DNA of 61,500 nucleotides, taken from contig LWCA01000070.1 in assembly GCA_001642005.1 (NCBI GenBank), positions 1-61,500 on the forward strand, given 5' to 3'. Of this stretch, positions 24,690 to 36,870 are shown piece after piece (the first letter of the stretch is position 1; each line of letters begins with the position of its first letter). Source of the stretch: Intoshia linei (Eukaryota > Animalia > Orthonectida). The notes under the pieces are model-generated. The model did not search any database and was not told the origin of the DNA. It was given only the letters and a program-made list of their open reading frames with translations. Position numbers and translations under genes: made by a program.

Positions 24690-27600
24690 ATGCGCCGAAA
24701 ATTGTTCGGTAAAGCTGCAATTCAAGCTGAAATGCAGAAAAAGGAAGAAATTAATAGAAAAGCCAAAGAAATATCTGAACAATACTTTAAAAATGTAATT
24801 TATAGAAAATATCCGTAATTTCACCATTTACATATTTGTATTTGAGTATTTGAACATTATAGTGCCTCACCATTGCAATAATGAACAGTGTCGAACATAT
24901 CATACCAAGACTCCTGTTCAGGGTAGGTACAACTAAATTTTCGTGAAATGTGGACCTCATTTTTCAAAATTGAACATTAAAAAAAATTGTTATTGAATAT
25001 CATATGATTCATAACTATTTTGTGTGGTAAATTTTAAATGTAAGTTAAGAGCTTTGGATACGTGGCTAAGAGTATATGACACTTCACATAATTTGTATTT
25101 TTTTACGAGTCTATTTTTCATTTTAGGATGGCTTGAATTGGTAGGTTCGATCTAATGGTGAGCCCTATTTGCAATAAACGTTATTTTGTCAAAATGTGAC
25201 ATCGATTTTTGAATTTTTATTTGACTGAAATATTGAATTGATTTTATCCAAAAAAATCTATTGACTGGGATGTGGCCCGCATCACCTAAACAAGAAAATA
25301 CGGAATTGGACTTTACTGGGGTTAATGTTAAATTATTAATAATTTTTTTGAAAATAAATCAGTTTTAAGTTTAAAGTTAAAAATGAATCAGTTGATCAGT
25401 TTAAGGTTTAGTTTATGGCCCATTAATTTCATGAAAATCGATTTATTATCATTAAAATTAAACATTTTTCATTATATTTTGACTGTAAATTACTATAAAC
25501 ATGTACGAACGCTAGGGTGTTGCACATTTTAAAAATATTGTCAATAAAAATTGCGTGCGAGACTTCATTCGTGTTGAAATTTTTTTTGTGGTATCATGTG
25601 TTCTTGATACAATTTTCACAAATTGTAACCTAAAGTTATTACCAATTATAATATTTTTAAAATATGAAACAACCTAACGGAGACGGACAAGCAGATTCGA
25701 ACTTACCACACGGAGGGGTCCAAAGTTTTTTTTCAAAGAGAGCATTTTAGGGCAAATAAATAAAATTTAGGGTCCGTTTTTATTTTAGATGGGTTCAGTT
25801 ATGTTTTTCTCTCATTAGTGTACAGTCATACAGTATGGACAATACTCCAGTTTATCAACATTTTATTAACACAATGTTCTCAACTGTTTACAAATAATAA
25901 ACAAAAAAATATCCGTTTTAATTGACGTTATTATTTATATACATGGTAGATGCAAAGTAGTATGAACGAATTAACGGAAAATATAAAACGATATTCAGTC
26001 AAATATAGAGATGAAATTCGATATAATCCGGATTTTAGGCAAAAATTTGCAAAATTGTGCTTATCGACTGGGGTTGACCCTTTGGCTTGTAATTTATTTA
26101 ATATTTTGTAATGTTATGATCACGACCGTAGACAGTGGCTAGGATAGATGCTGGAAGCCTTTGGAGCTGGAAAAAAGCACTGACTTTACAAAATTTATTT
26201 CATTCAGTGTTTTCTATAATTGAACAGTTAAACAATGAAAAATTAACACTATTCACATTTAATTCATACAACTACATGTATTATGTTGCTCCAATTTATT
26301 ACTAAAAGAGTATTAATGATTTCTTTATTATTTTTATCTATAATTATGAAAAAAATAATAAAGAAATGTAAAAGTACATCAAAATTAACATGAATATAAA
26401 AAATTTTTTAATGTCTTCATAAGGCCGAACTTTTCCATCTCTAGGGCTATTATTCTGAATTAATAGATGCTGTTAAAAAAAATCGTAAATGGTGCGAAAT
26501 GGTTTTAATCCATCAAGGTAACGCTGAAAAAAAGTTTATTGATCGCTCGATTAAACAATGTTAAATTAAATATGGGTGTCTACTTAAATCAAACCATTTT
26601 TACTAGAAATTAAAATTTACCAACACTAACAGGAAAAATTCAGTTTTAATAACATTTAACGCAAAAATCCAGTTTTACCAACCCTAAAAGGAAAAATTCC
26701 AGTTTTGCCAACCTTTAATTTTAAGGGAAAAATTTACATTTAATTACATTATAATTAGATTAAATTTAAGGCACGTGAAAATTATTAACGTTATTCAGTT
26801 AAACTTCCCATTATTTTGATAAAATGTTTACGTTCACTAATAATAATAAATGATATTTTAATTTAATTATATTGTTAAAGAAAGAGTATATTCATTTTAT
26901 TTTAAATTTTTTGTGGACCACTTTTGAAACCACTGATTATCATGGATTCTTATTATTATTAACATATTATGGAACATAGTGAAATATCATCGATATTTTC
27001 AGTTTATTATTGTTCGATATTAACACAGCTGGACAAATTTATAATAATATCACCCTTAACAGAATTCGACCTGTAATATTCCATTAATTAATTAAATTTT
27101 TTTATAACAGGTTGCATAATCAATATCTGATTCTTCAGAGAATCCGAAGAAATTTTTCCATAAACCAATAAAAAGTGAATCAGCCTTTTCTCCGGTCATA
27201 GACACACAAAATAAAACTGTTATCTTCTTCTTTTTTGTTTTACTACAAATATTACTATTTCAGAAGAGGCTAGAGTTTTCTTAGATCCACGTTTATAGTA
27301 TAATCTAGTTTCATCACAATTTTATACATCGTCTGGCTTATTTTTAGAAATTTTCTTTTTATTATATTAATCGAAAAAGAATTTGGAATTTTTTTAAAAA
27401 ATACACTTAAAAAAAAGTGATTTTTAGAAATGACTTAATACTGACGAGAAAATAGAAATTTTGGTCCATATAATACTTGTTATAATTTTAATTAGTTGTA
27501 ACGAAGTTTCTGTTTATATTTACGTAAGATTTTTCGAATATACCCAATTTATCACATTGAATTAAACAATTATCACATTGCTTGTAATTGTTATCACATT

Positions 27601-29680
27601 GACAATCGTTATTTTGTTGGGAATTTAGCTATTATCACATCGGTTGTAATTATTATCATATCGATAGTGAAATGGTATAGTGCGTCGCAAGACAAAATTA
27701 AGTGCGTCACGAGATTTTTAACTACATTTGACAAATGTCAAATTTCATATTAAAGTTATATATTTGTTTGTGCCTGGTTTTATGATATATTCTTTAATTT
27801 ATGTTTGTGTAAAACAGAGGTGGGGAAAGTGCGGCCTTCTGAACAATTTGAATTATTTTTAAAATATTAATTTTTGGTAAAATCGGGTTTTTCAGAAAAA
27901 TATTGGTAAAGGTGGTTTTTTTAATGGTTGATAAAATTAGGTTTTTTATTTTGGGATCAGATAGAGGGATTTTTTTCTTAAGGGTTGCTAAATTATTGGT
28001 TTTTTTCATAATATTTTATTAAAATTGAATAAAATATGCTAAAAATTTATCATTCACCCCAATCATCTAAAATTTTCGTATTCATCCCCATGAGAAGGAC
28101 TTCTGTATTTGATTAAATTTATTTAGAAAGTGTCGGCCTTATTAAATTTTTTTGGCACGTTAGTGCGGTATTCGAAAAGTAAATGCTTCCCGACCTCTGG
28201 TGTAAGACAAACAAATCAACGAACGTTTTGTAGAGTGATTTTAAGAATGTTTAAACATTTTTAATGGGTCAAAATTTTTTTTGTAAATATTCCAGCATAA
28301 CCCAGTCAAATCGATTTGAAGTGTTAATAAATTTTTTTAAATATTGGACGCGTCGTGAAATGTTTCATTAATTTTGAGTATACCGCAACAGTAAAAAGTT
28401 TGGGAACCACTGAGTTAACCATTAAGGACCTTAATTTAAGGTCCTATTGGTTTATGGATCATTATATCAATAACTGAATTAATTATATTAAATAGCTAAC
28501 CGAGGTGTATGGTCGAAATATTTTGGAATTGGTGAATTCTATTATGAACTTACAATCCAACTCATCGAAATTTGTCTTGCTACAGAAGAAAAGTATAAAG
28601 GATTTATACCTATGAACGATTTAATTAAATTATTATCAAATGTTCGTAAAGATCAAAAAATTGAAATTACACTGTAATATATTAATAATGTATAAGAATT
28701 ATAAAAGTCTGAATCAGTTTTCAATTTAGTGATATCATAGTTTATAAATTGTGTATATTATGCATTCTCAACATTTTAGATACTAAGGATTAAGTTTAAA
28801 TTTGTTTATCTGCCATTGAGCCTTCCACAAAATCCACAATTTGATGTTCATAGACTAAAAAGATTTAACATTTTATTTTTAAATGAATTAATTCGTTTTT
28901 GGCGGGCGCAGTTCAGTAAAATTACAATATTCACTACTAATTAAATTTAAATTCACATTTATTTCCTGCATCAATACACTGTACTTGACAATAATGAAAA
29001 TATTTCATCGTTTTTAAAAAATTAGCGCTTATAAAATAAAATAATAAAATATACATTTTTCTGAACCACGACGACAATATTTGGTGGTGTATATTGTAGT
29101 AAACAGACTGTTTTATTATTTTAACCAGAAATTCGTTTACGATTGGTTTACCCCATATATCGTGTAAAAATATATATATAAAGTCATACCAAAAATTGGG
29201 CGTTAAATTGATTACAATTTTCATCACTGATCTAGACTTATTATTATAACTAACACTAATTGTAAATATATTTACTTTTTATAGGCATGATGTCACTATC
29301 GTCTTAGACAAATTAAAGCTTTTTGGCAATAGATACAAACTCGTAAAATGTGATATATTATATTTGCAAACTATTCCGGCTGAATTATCAACTGACCATA
29401 TACATGTACTTAACTTTATCAAGGTATATTTAATATTTTAATAGTATCTGTTTACTTTAAGATTATTAAATTATAGTCTGAAAAATATGTTACAATAGAA
29501 AGTTCCATGAAAAAATTTGATTGGAATAGAGTAAAAATAGAAGAATGTCTAGTAATTTAGACTAATTAAATTTACATTTATTAATGAAATATATTATAGA
29601 AAGTACTTATTGAATTAGATTCAATATGGATAGACATAGACGGTATAACAAAATATTGGTTTGTACCAAATTTAACATAG
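24690..29680 (+). CDS. SNF8: ESCRT-II subunit SNF8/VPS22/EAP30 (6 exons)
   Basis: MRRKLFGKAAI..|..KYRDEIRYNPDFRQKFAKLCLSTGVDPLA|SNRGVWSKYFGIGEFYYELTIQLIEICLA..|..LQTIPAELSTDHIHVL..|..FDWNRVKIEECL|KVLIELDSIWIDIDGITKYWFVPNLT*. Colinear with human SNF8 along its whole length. Confidence 0.95.
26752..27674 (+). repeat. Dispersed ~0.9-kb repeat, copy A (SNF8 intron), with an array of TTATCACATT motifs
   Basis: Long near-identical match to 43389-44480. Repeated ttatcacat(t/c) units at the right end suggest transposon subterminal repeats. Confidence 0.8.
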
Positions 29681-30871
29681 TTACATACCTCTCCAAGTTG
29701 GAGTTGTCCACCACCAATTGCACCCGATAATCATTTTTCTTGGTTGTTTTCTTCTTGTTATTGTAGGTAATTTGCTATGCTTTGTAAATAAATTGTTTAA
29801 CATTTTTGCATTTTTAATTTTTGGAAAATATGTAAAGCCAGACCATTTTTCTATGAAATCCAAAGAACGTACAAAATTATCCACTTTAGCGTTATAACTT
29901 ATTACCGCATTAGGTATAACTACACAGCCCAAATCACAATCTGTATCATTTTTAGCCAAAATGATTTTAAATATATGGGTGGGAACGGAGACTTTGTTTT
30001 CTCCAATTATCTAAGTATATAATATATACATATAAAAAATTAAACCTCATATGAAATGACTTGTTTATTATTTTCTTTTTTTGGTAAAAATAATGGACCA
30101 CTTATAACCCAAACGAATTCATAATGTTTTAAAAGACATCTGCAGTAATTTTCCAAACGTTGCCAGTAGCCTCTATTATTTTGAATACATTGTGGTATCA
30201 TGTTTGTAAAATAGAAACTTTCTTTAAGTGATTTCTAGTTGAATCTTTATAATGTTACAAAATTTTAGTTTACTTTACTAGACATGTCTCTGGCGGGAAC
30301 AACGTGACCTCTACTATAACCACTATATTTATAATCACAATCATATGCGCTAAATATTGTTGGTATATCATCATCTCTTTTGTATGGTACATTTTGTCTG
30401 CTAATTTTGTCTAAATAATTTCTAATGTATTTTAAATTAATTAATTGTAATCTTGATCAGCGTTTCTCACTGTAGAATTCGTATATTTTATTAGAAATAT
30501 TTGAAAAACGCTGGTATAGATTACAGTAATTACTATGAAGTTTTTTTTTGCTCAAACACTCAGCTGACCAGAATGGTATTTTCATACGTGAATCATAAGC
30601 AACAATATGATTTTTATATTTTATGTAGCGTAAATGTGATTTTGGTACACCATAATAAAATAATGATTCGTAATTTGTATCTAAATAATTTATATATTTT
30701 AATTTCATTCAGAACTAAACCATTTAAAACATCGTAGTCTTCACTCTAATTATAGTATATTATAAATAAAATATTGATGCGTACAGAATACTCGTCTTTA
30801 GTGTACTACATCAATGCAAATAAAGGATTTATTATTACCTCATTAAACGTCGAATTTATTCCAGAATCGTT
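29681..30871 (-). CDS. EXOG: EXOG-like DNA/RNA non-specific (beta-beta-alpha-Me) nuclease; start exon unresolved
   Basis: YGVP..YKNHIVAYDSRMKIPFWSAECL..DDDIPTIFSAYDCDYKYSGYSRGHVVPA..ESFYFTNMIPQCIQNNRGYWQRLENYCR..VWVISGPLFLP..VISYEIIGENKVSVPTHIFKIILA..VIPN..IEKWSGFTYFP. SRGH (rather than DRGH) and the NN.GYW motif are EXOG-type. Confidence 0.88.
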
Positions 30872-31226
30872 CTATATAAATAAATAAATATAGATGTATA
30901 AATTTTTTTTTATAAATTTTATAGAAATTACTCAAGTTTTGTAAAACTTACCTAATTTTATTAGTTCACATTATGTTAAATAAAAATTAATTTTTACACA
31001 AATTACATACTTATTTACTATAAAATACAATGTAGTGACTACATAATAACAGGACCGTAGAGAGCCCTCATAAGCTAGATCGATTAAAATGATAGCACCT
31101 TAATGCTTATAGACCCAGTATATAACCATAACTACCATGATCAAAATTTACGATAACAGACGTATTTTCTAAGTGTAAATATAATGTCGCCATTGATTAT
31201 ATTTAGAGCAAAACCCTAGTGCTTGA

Positions 31227-34200
31227 GCCTATAAAATGTCATTTCTATTTTTAAATAAAGGAGATCTGAGCGTGATAGTTTTGATTATGGTATATGCTGT
31301 AAATATAGTATGATGTACCATATCTTTCTGAGTTGAAATCAAATTATCGTTTTTCTTCAAATTTTGACTAAAAATCTAAATAATAATTTAAAAAAAAATT
31401 TTTAATAATAAAACATTTTCTGAATATGAATTCTGACTACATGAATTATTCAAATTGCTTGCATCTTCTTGAGACATTTGATGAATGTAATCATCAAATT
31501 TTATATCCATTGTTTCGTTATTTTGAGTCGTTGAAATTAGAGTATCCTATTTATTGTTTATCATTTTCAAAATTTCAATTAAAGCGATTAATACTACTCT
31601 GGGACACATATATAATTGTGGTAACATTCTATAGTATACATTTAATTTAACACATCGTAATGTATTATGATTTAAATTCTACCAAACATTTCCCACTCTA
31701 TATTCTTACATGTGCAATGCACATTGTGCATATTCAAACGGTCTTAAGTTAAGACTTAACGGATGTATTTAAATTTTTAAAATGTTAAAATTCCATGTTA
31801 TCTATGGTTTCATCAAAATATTTAATATTGTTTTGTAAGTTAGATCAAGCTATTTTACCTGACTTAGAATAGTTAAATCCAAATCTGAAATTTCATTTTT
31901 AATATTTTCTTGTGGTACTTGCTAAAATAATATAGTATTACAAATTACATAGTTATGTAATGCATTTAACAGTGGTTCTGAAAGCGAAACTGGAAAAAAT
32001 TAAATTTTTGTCTAAAGGTCATTTTTACCTATTTAGTAGATTCCATATAATATATGGCATATATACCAATCCTTACTTAATTTATTACGTTTTTTATTAA
32101 ATTTTTTTTAGAGTTGCTTAGTAATTTTGCTTTAATGGTAAATTTTATCGTTAATTTTTATATTATTTTTCGCGATAATTTTTATAATTTATTACAGATC
32201 CGCCATGAAGAAAGTGTGGGAACCACTGATATAACAGTTAATAGCGAAAATATAAGTTTTTAATGGATATATTTTAAATAATATATTGAAGCTCTGTCAT
32301 ATAGCTTTAGGTTTAAAATATTTCTATAAAATTAAAAAATTGGATCACATTTAGGCTCACTGATACACAGATTCAACAGTATACATAATATTAAAAATTT
32401 ATAACGTGGAATAGTTGTTATTAAACTTTGATTAAACTAATTATTAAAATGATTTTACCTCGGGTGATTGACATTTATCCAATGTAACATAGTTATATGG
32501 ATCATAATGCTGTAAAGTATAGTTTGTATCCCCACAAATATCATTAAACGTTATGTCGTTGTTTGGATTATTTAAAAATGTATTTGCCTCCTAAGAATTA
32601 ATATTAAATACATTTAGTTAATATAAAACTTTAATATTTTTAATCGGTTCATAAGGTTGTTCAAATTTTGTGCTATTCTCTATTTTGAGTATCTGAAATA
32701 AAAAAATTAATAAATATTTTTTCATTTATTCATTTGGGGAACATTTTATAATCCACGTCGTGCACTAAAATCATTATTTTCGTTCAAAATTGAATAACAC
32801 AACAGTGTTTTTTAAACTGTGGTTCACGGACCCGAAGGATCCGTGATTTTGTAAAATGGATGCATCATTTTTTCAAATTTCAATAGTATTTTTGACTATC
32901 ATAACAATTTTGTGAGTCAAATGTATCTCAAAGTATTACAGATAATTCAAAAATCTGTTTATATCTCACAAATTGATCCTCTGCTTTTTACATTAACAAA
33001 TAATTACTCTATAAAGTGATTTAGAAATTTTTAAAGTGGGTCCATAGAGTTTTAACGCTTTGATATTTTTGCGACTTCTTAAAAATAAAAGAAATAAAAT
33101 TACAATTTTACATATATTGTAAATATCCATTAAATATTTAGTCACAGCTCAGATTCTGAACTAAAATTAAATTTAGTAGTCTAATAAGTTAAAACAATTG
33201 TACATTAGGGTGTCACATTTTTTCGAAAATTTTAGAATTCGATGCCCAATTAGCACTAAAAGTGTGTATTTTTAAAACAGAAAAACTAATTCGCGTTCAA
33301 AAACATTTAACGCTATCTATTGGAGTTACGTTTGTCATTTTAAATATCACTTTAAAAATATTACGGAAAAATTAAAACTGAACTTTATTTTAACGGAAAT
33401 TGGCGTTTGAGCTTTTAAACATGGTACCGACTTTATAATATTGTTATTCATGTTTAGTTATACAGTTTGTTTTTTTAAATTTGTTTCTAGCTCAATTTTT
33501 TGGATTTTATTAACGATTTAATTTCTCGAATTCTGGCTATTTACATTATTTAAATTTTATTCTATGCATAATATGCATTGCATATAATTTAGCGGATATG
33601 ACTATTTATAACGTAGTAATTTCATATCACATTTTGAAAAACTTCCGAAACATGCCAATGTACATCAGGGTTCACAAAGTGGTCAAGACCAAATTAGTTA
33701 GAGAACCACTAATGTATATCATTTTAAAAAAAATCCATAAGTTTTGGAAGCACTGATGTACATTGTAGATGCATTGATGCTTAACAAGCATTGCTCATGA
33801 TGTGTCATTTAACGCATAATGAGCATATATTTGTTTTACATTGACATGATAACGATTATATACATCAGAGGTGCCCAACCTTTTTTTGATGCAATCGACT
33901 AATACATTAACTAATAAAATGTTTCTGGTCAGAAGTTAAAAAATGTTAAAAATTAAAAAGTATGATCGTAAAAAACAAAAATTAAAATTCGGAATAGTTC
34001 GAAGCACTTTCGCTGAATATTTTAAAACTATCGGCAAAACCTAGTATAAGAAATAGTGGACTAATCAAAACGTTATACTTTAATGTAGCAAGTATATCAT
34101 TTAATAATATTTCTAGAGAATGGATTACATAGGTAAAGTTCCGGTACCCACTTTACATATAATAAAATACTTTTTAAGAATATATAAATACTAAATTTAT

Positions 34201-36870
34201 TTAAATTAATAATTTATAAATACAATTAAATTTTATCAATATTAAAGTAAATTTTTTAAAATAGATATAATTTTAATGACGAGTATTATTAAAATTAAAA
34301 ATTAATTTTAATTTTGGAGATCGACAAGAAAATCATCTGCGATCAACAGGTTGGGCATCTCTGATATATATGTACTATGTATAATATACATTGTATATAT
34401 ACTATACACATTAAGTATATTCGAATAATTTACTAACATAATGTTTCATTTTATACTGGATTTAAGCATAAACACTACTAAAACAGTATTAAATGTGTAA
34501 AATGTGGCACCATAAATTTAATTTATATAATAATTTCATCTAAATTCAAAATATTGAATAATTAATCTAAGATTATAAATTAAACAAATTAATTTAAATC
34601 AAAGTACAGATTATATCAAAGATAGATTAAGTTATATTGCAATATAACACCATCGATGAATTGAATGTTTTTGAAAGTTTAAGGTAGATATTTTTGTTCC
34701 TACAGGGCGACGCTAAGAACATTTGCGATCACTGCATTAATATTTGGTTAAATGATGTCATATATAGATATAGACAAATCACGAGTACGTGCGATGGATA
34801 CTAGGGGTGTTCCAAAATTTTATAAATTAGGTCCAAATACTGATTAAGTTGCGTGTGATAGTTTTATGATAATCGTGAATTTTTGAAAATTTTTTTTCTT
34901 TTCACGATTATCATAAGACTATCACACGCAACTTTATCAGTATTTAGACCATGAAATTTCGAAAAAAAGTATAAAAAATCACACCCCTAATGGATACTCA
35001 AAGAGTTAAGATTCACGAAATTGTGGTATACTGTGTGTATTTTCAATCATAAAATTTTTGTTGAATTATACCCAGGGCTGTGTGGAATTGCTGGTACCAG
35101 CAACAACGGCTGCTGTACCGGTACAGCAAGGCTGTTTTTCCAGCATGAGATTTCATATATTATATTGAATATTAGCATATGTAAAATGAAAATATCACTA
35201 AAACCTTGTTAACCGTTTACTGTCCATACAAGAAGCGATAAGATTTAGAAAAAATTTTCTATGAAATATACGTGAAATTTGCTAATTAACAATTATTCAT
35301 TTATAAAAAAATTATAGGTTCATTAATAAGTGTTAATTATATGTACTTAAAATTTTTGTTAGTAAATAATGTGTCGTTAATCAAATGAAAATCTAGGAAT
35401 AATACGCATTGGGTTTACCCCTCAAACATTAGTATAAGTAATTTTTAATTAAATTAATTATATTTTTCAAAATGTGTCATCACTTCGTAAGTTTTTTTTC
35501 TTTGGCAGACAAAAATAAATTAAATATTAATATATAGCTAAAATGCAACCTCAAATTTTACATGAAGAAATTAAATTTAGTTATTGTAATAATAGATTGT
35601 ACTGAGTGTATAAGTATATAATAAGTGACCACAGTATAAAATATAAATAAAATTGAATTAGCTTTTTTAGTAATTTCATTTATGTGAATGAATATGATGT
35701 TTATAAGGGGTCGCGAACACAAAAAGGTTGAAAACCACTGCTATAGATACAATATACAATCAAATCTGTTTAATTTAAAACAAAATCAAATTCTAAAATA
35801 CACGATTTTGATTGTAAAATATTGCTGTACTTTTTGCTGGAAATACTGCCATGTTTTGCTGTAAAAATTGTACAGCACTTGCTATACGAACAGCAAAATA
35901 TAGCATTGCTGGTACCACCCCTGATTATACTAAAATCTCACAAAAATATGAATAATATATAGGTTGTTAAACAATTTTGGCTTTTAAAATCGAAGCCGTG
36001 AAATTAATTTCTGCTTTTCAAGGTTAATGTAATTGATTAAAAACACATCAAACACACCTCAACATGAGGATAAAAACTATTAACTAGAAAATTAACAACC
36101 AAAAATCATTATAAAAAACAATGATTAATTAATACAAATATGTAATACCTAAAAAAATATAATATTAAAACATACTTTAATATGAAATTATGATAATTAA
36201 AATAAAATTTTTGGCGCGTATATAAAAATTTACGATAACACAAAAATTTGTAAAAATCTATTTTTGTTTCTATATAAATTAAATCATCAAACGCCGTACT
36301 ATCAAACCTACAACGAAATACATAAATTTCTACAATGTTTTGATTTCTAAATTGTATCCACTAAATTCTAAAAATCAAAATTCATCTAAATTTTGAAAAT
36401 GTTTCATTTTAAACCAACTATACAACTTGTAGCGTACAAATCACTGCAATTTTACCGTCAAATCAAATTTAAATTTGTACTTAAAATTTATAAACATATA
36501 AATTACCTTATTTTCCAAGATTTTCAAATCCAATTTTCTTTTAAAACGATACTATTTGAATAAATTAGAGATAGATTAAAAATACAAAATTAACTATATA
36601 TTAAATTAAAAAGTAATTACTCTTTTATCCATTTTGAAAATTGATAACAAATAAATATGTACTAAAATCAAAATATTACCTGTATCAATGTAAAGTTAAT
36701 AATGCGCCAATTTGTGTAAAATGGTTGTCAATTGCAATATAAGATTGTAAGATAAGGATAGTAAGATAAGTATATGGAAAATGTATTTTCAATATTATTT
36801 GTTTTTTTGATTTTGCAATATTAGAACAAATTTTTAGTGTTGTTTTTACTTTTTGTGGACTGTATGACAT
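31227..36870 (-). CDS. Orphan multi-exon gene with an SQ/TQ-rich region; boundaries uncertain
   Basis: Phase-0 GT-AG exons include ILKIENSTKFEQPYEPIKNIK (~32630-32692), EANTFLNNPNNDITFNDICGD..SPE (~32459-32590), QVPQENIK..ILSQ (~31859-31921), DTLISTTQ..SYSEN (~31414-31545) and IFSQNLKK..TQKDM. Possible 5' exons lie at 36.0-36.9 kb (WIQFRNQNIVEIYVFRCRFD). Linkage of the two exon groups is inferred. Confidence 0.4.
33866..34363. mobile_element. hAT MITE
   Basis: TIRs CAGAGGTGCCCAACCT / AGGTTGGGCATCTCTG. TSD ATATACAT/ATATATAT (7 of 8). Related copy at 50357-50781. Confidence 0.8.
34802..34989. mobile_element. 188-bp hATm-like palindromic MITE
   Basis: 9-bp TIR TAGGGGTGT/ACACCCCTA, exact 8-bp TSD ATGGATAC, and an internal near-perfect 50-bp inverted repeat. 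Confidence 0.9.
35073..35923. mobile_element. hAT-type non-autonomous element
   Basis: CAGGG..CCCTG termini with subterminal ttgctggtacca repeats. TSD ATTATACC/ATTATACT. Confidence 0.7.

Noticed and set aside
27549-27670. Short repeated units resembling a CRISPR or iteron array
   Set aside because: Repeats are about 10 nt and irregularly spaced, lack unique spacers or cas genes, and sit in eukaryotic DNA inside a dispersed repeat.
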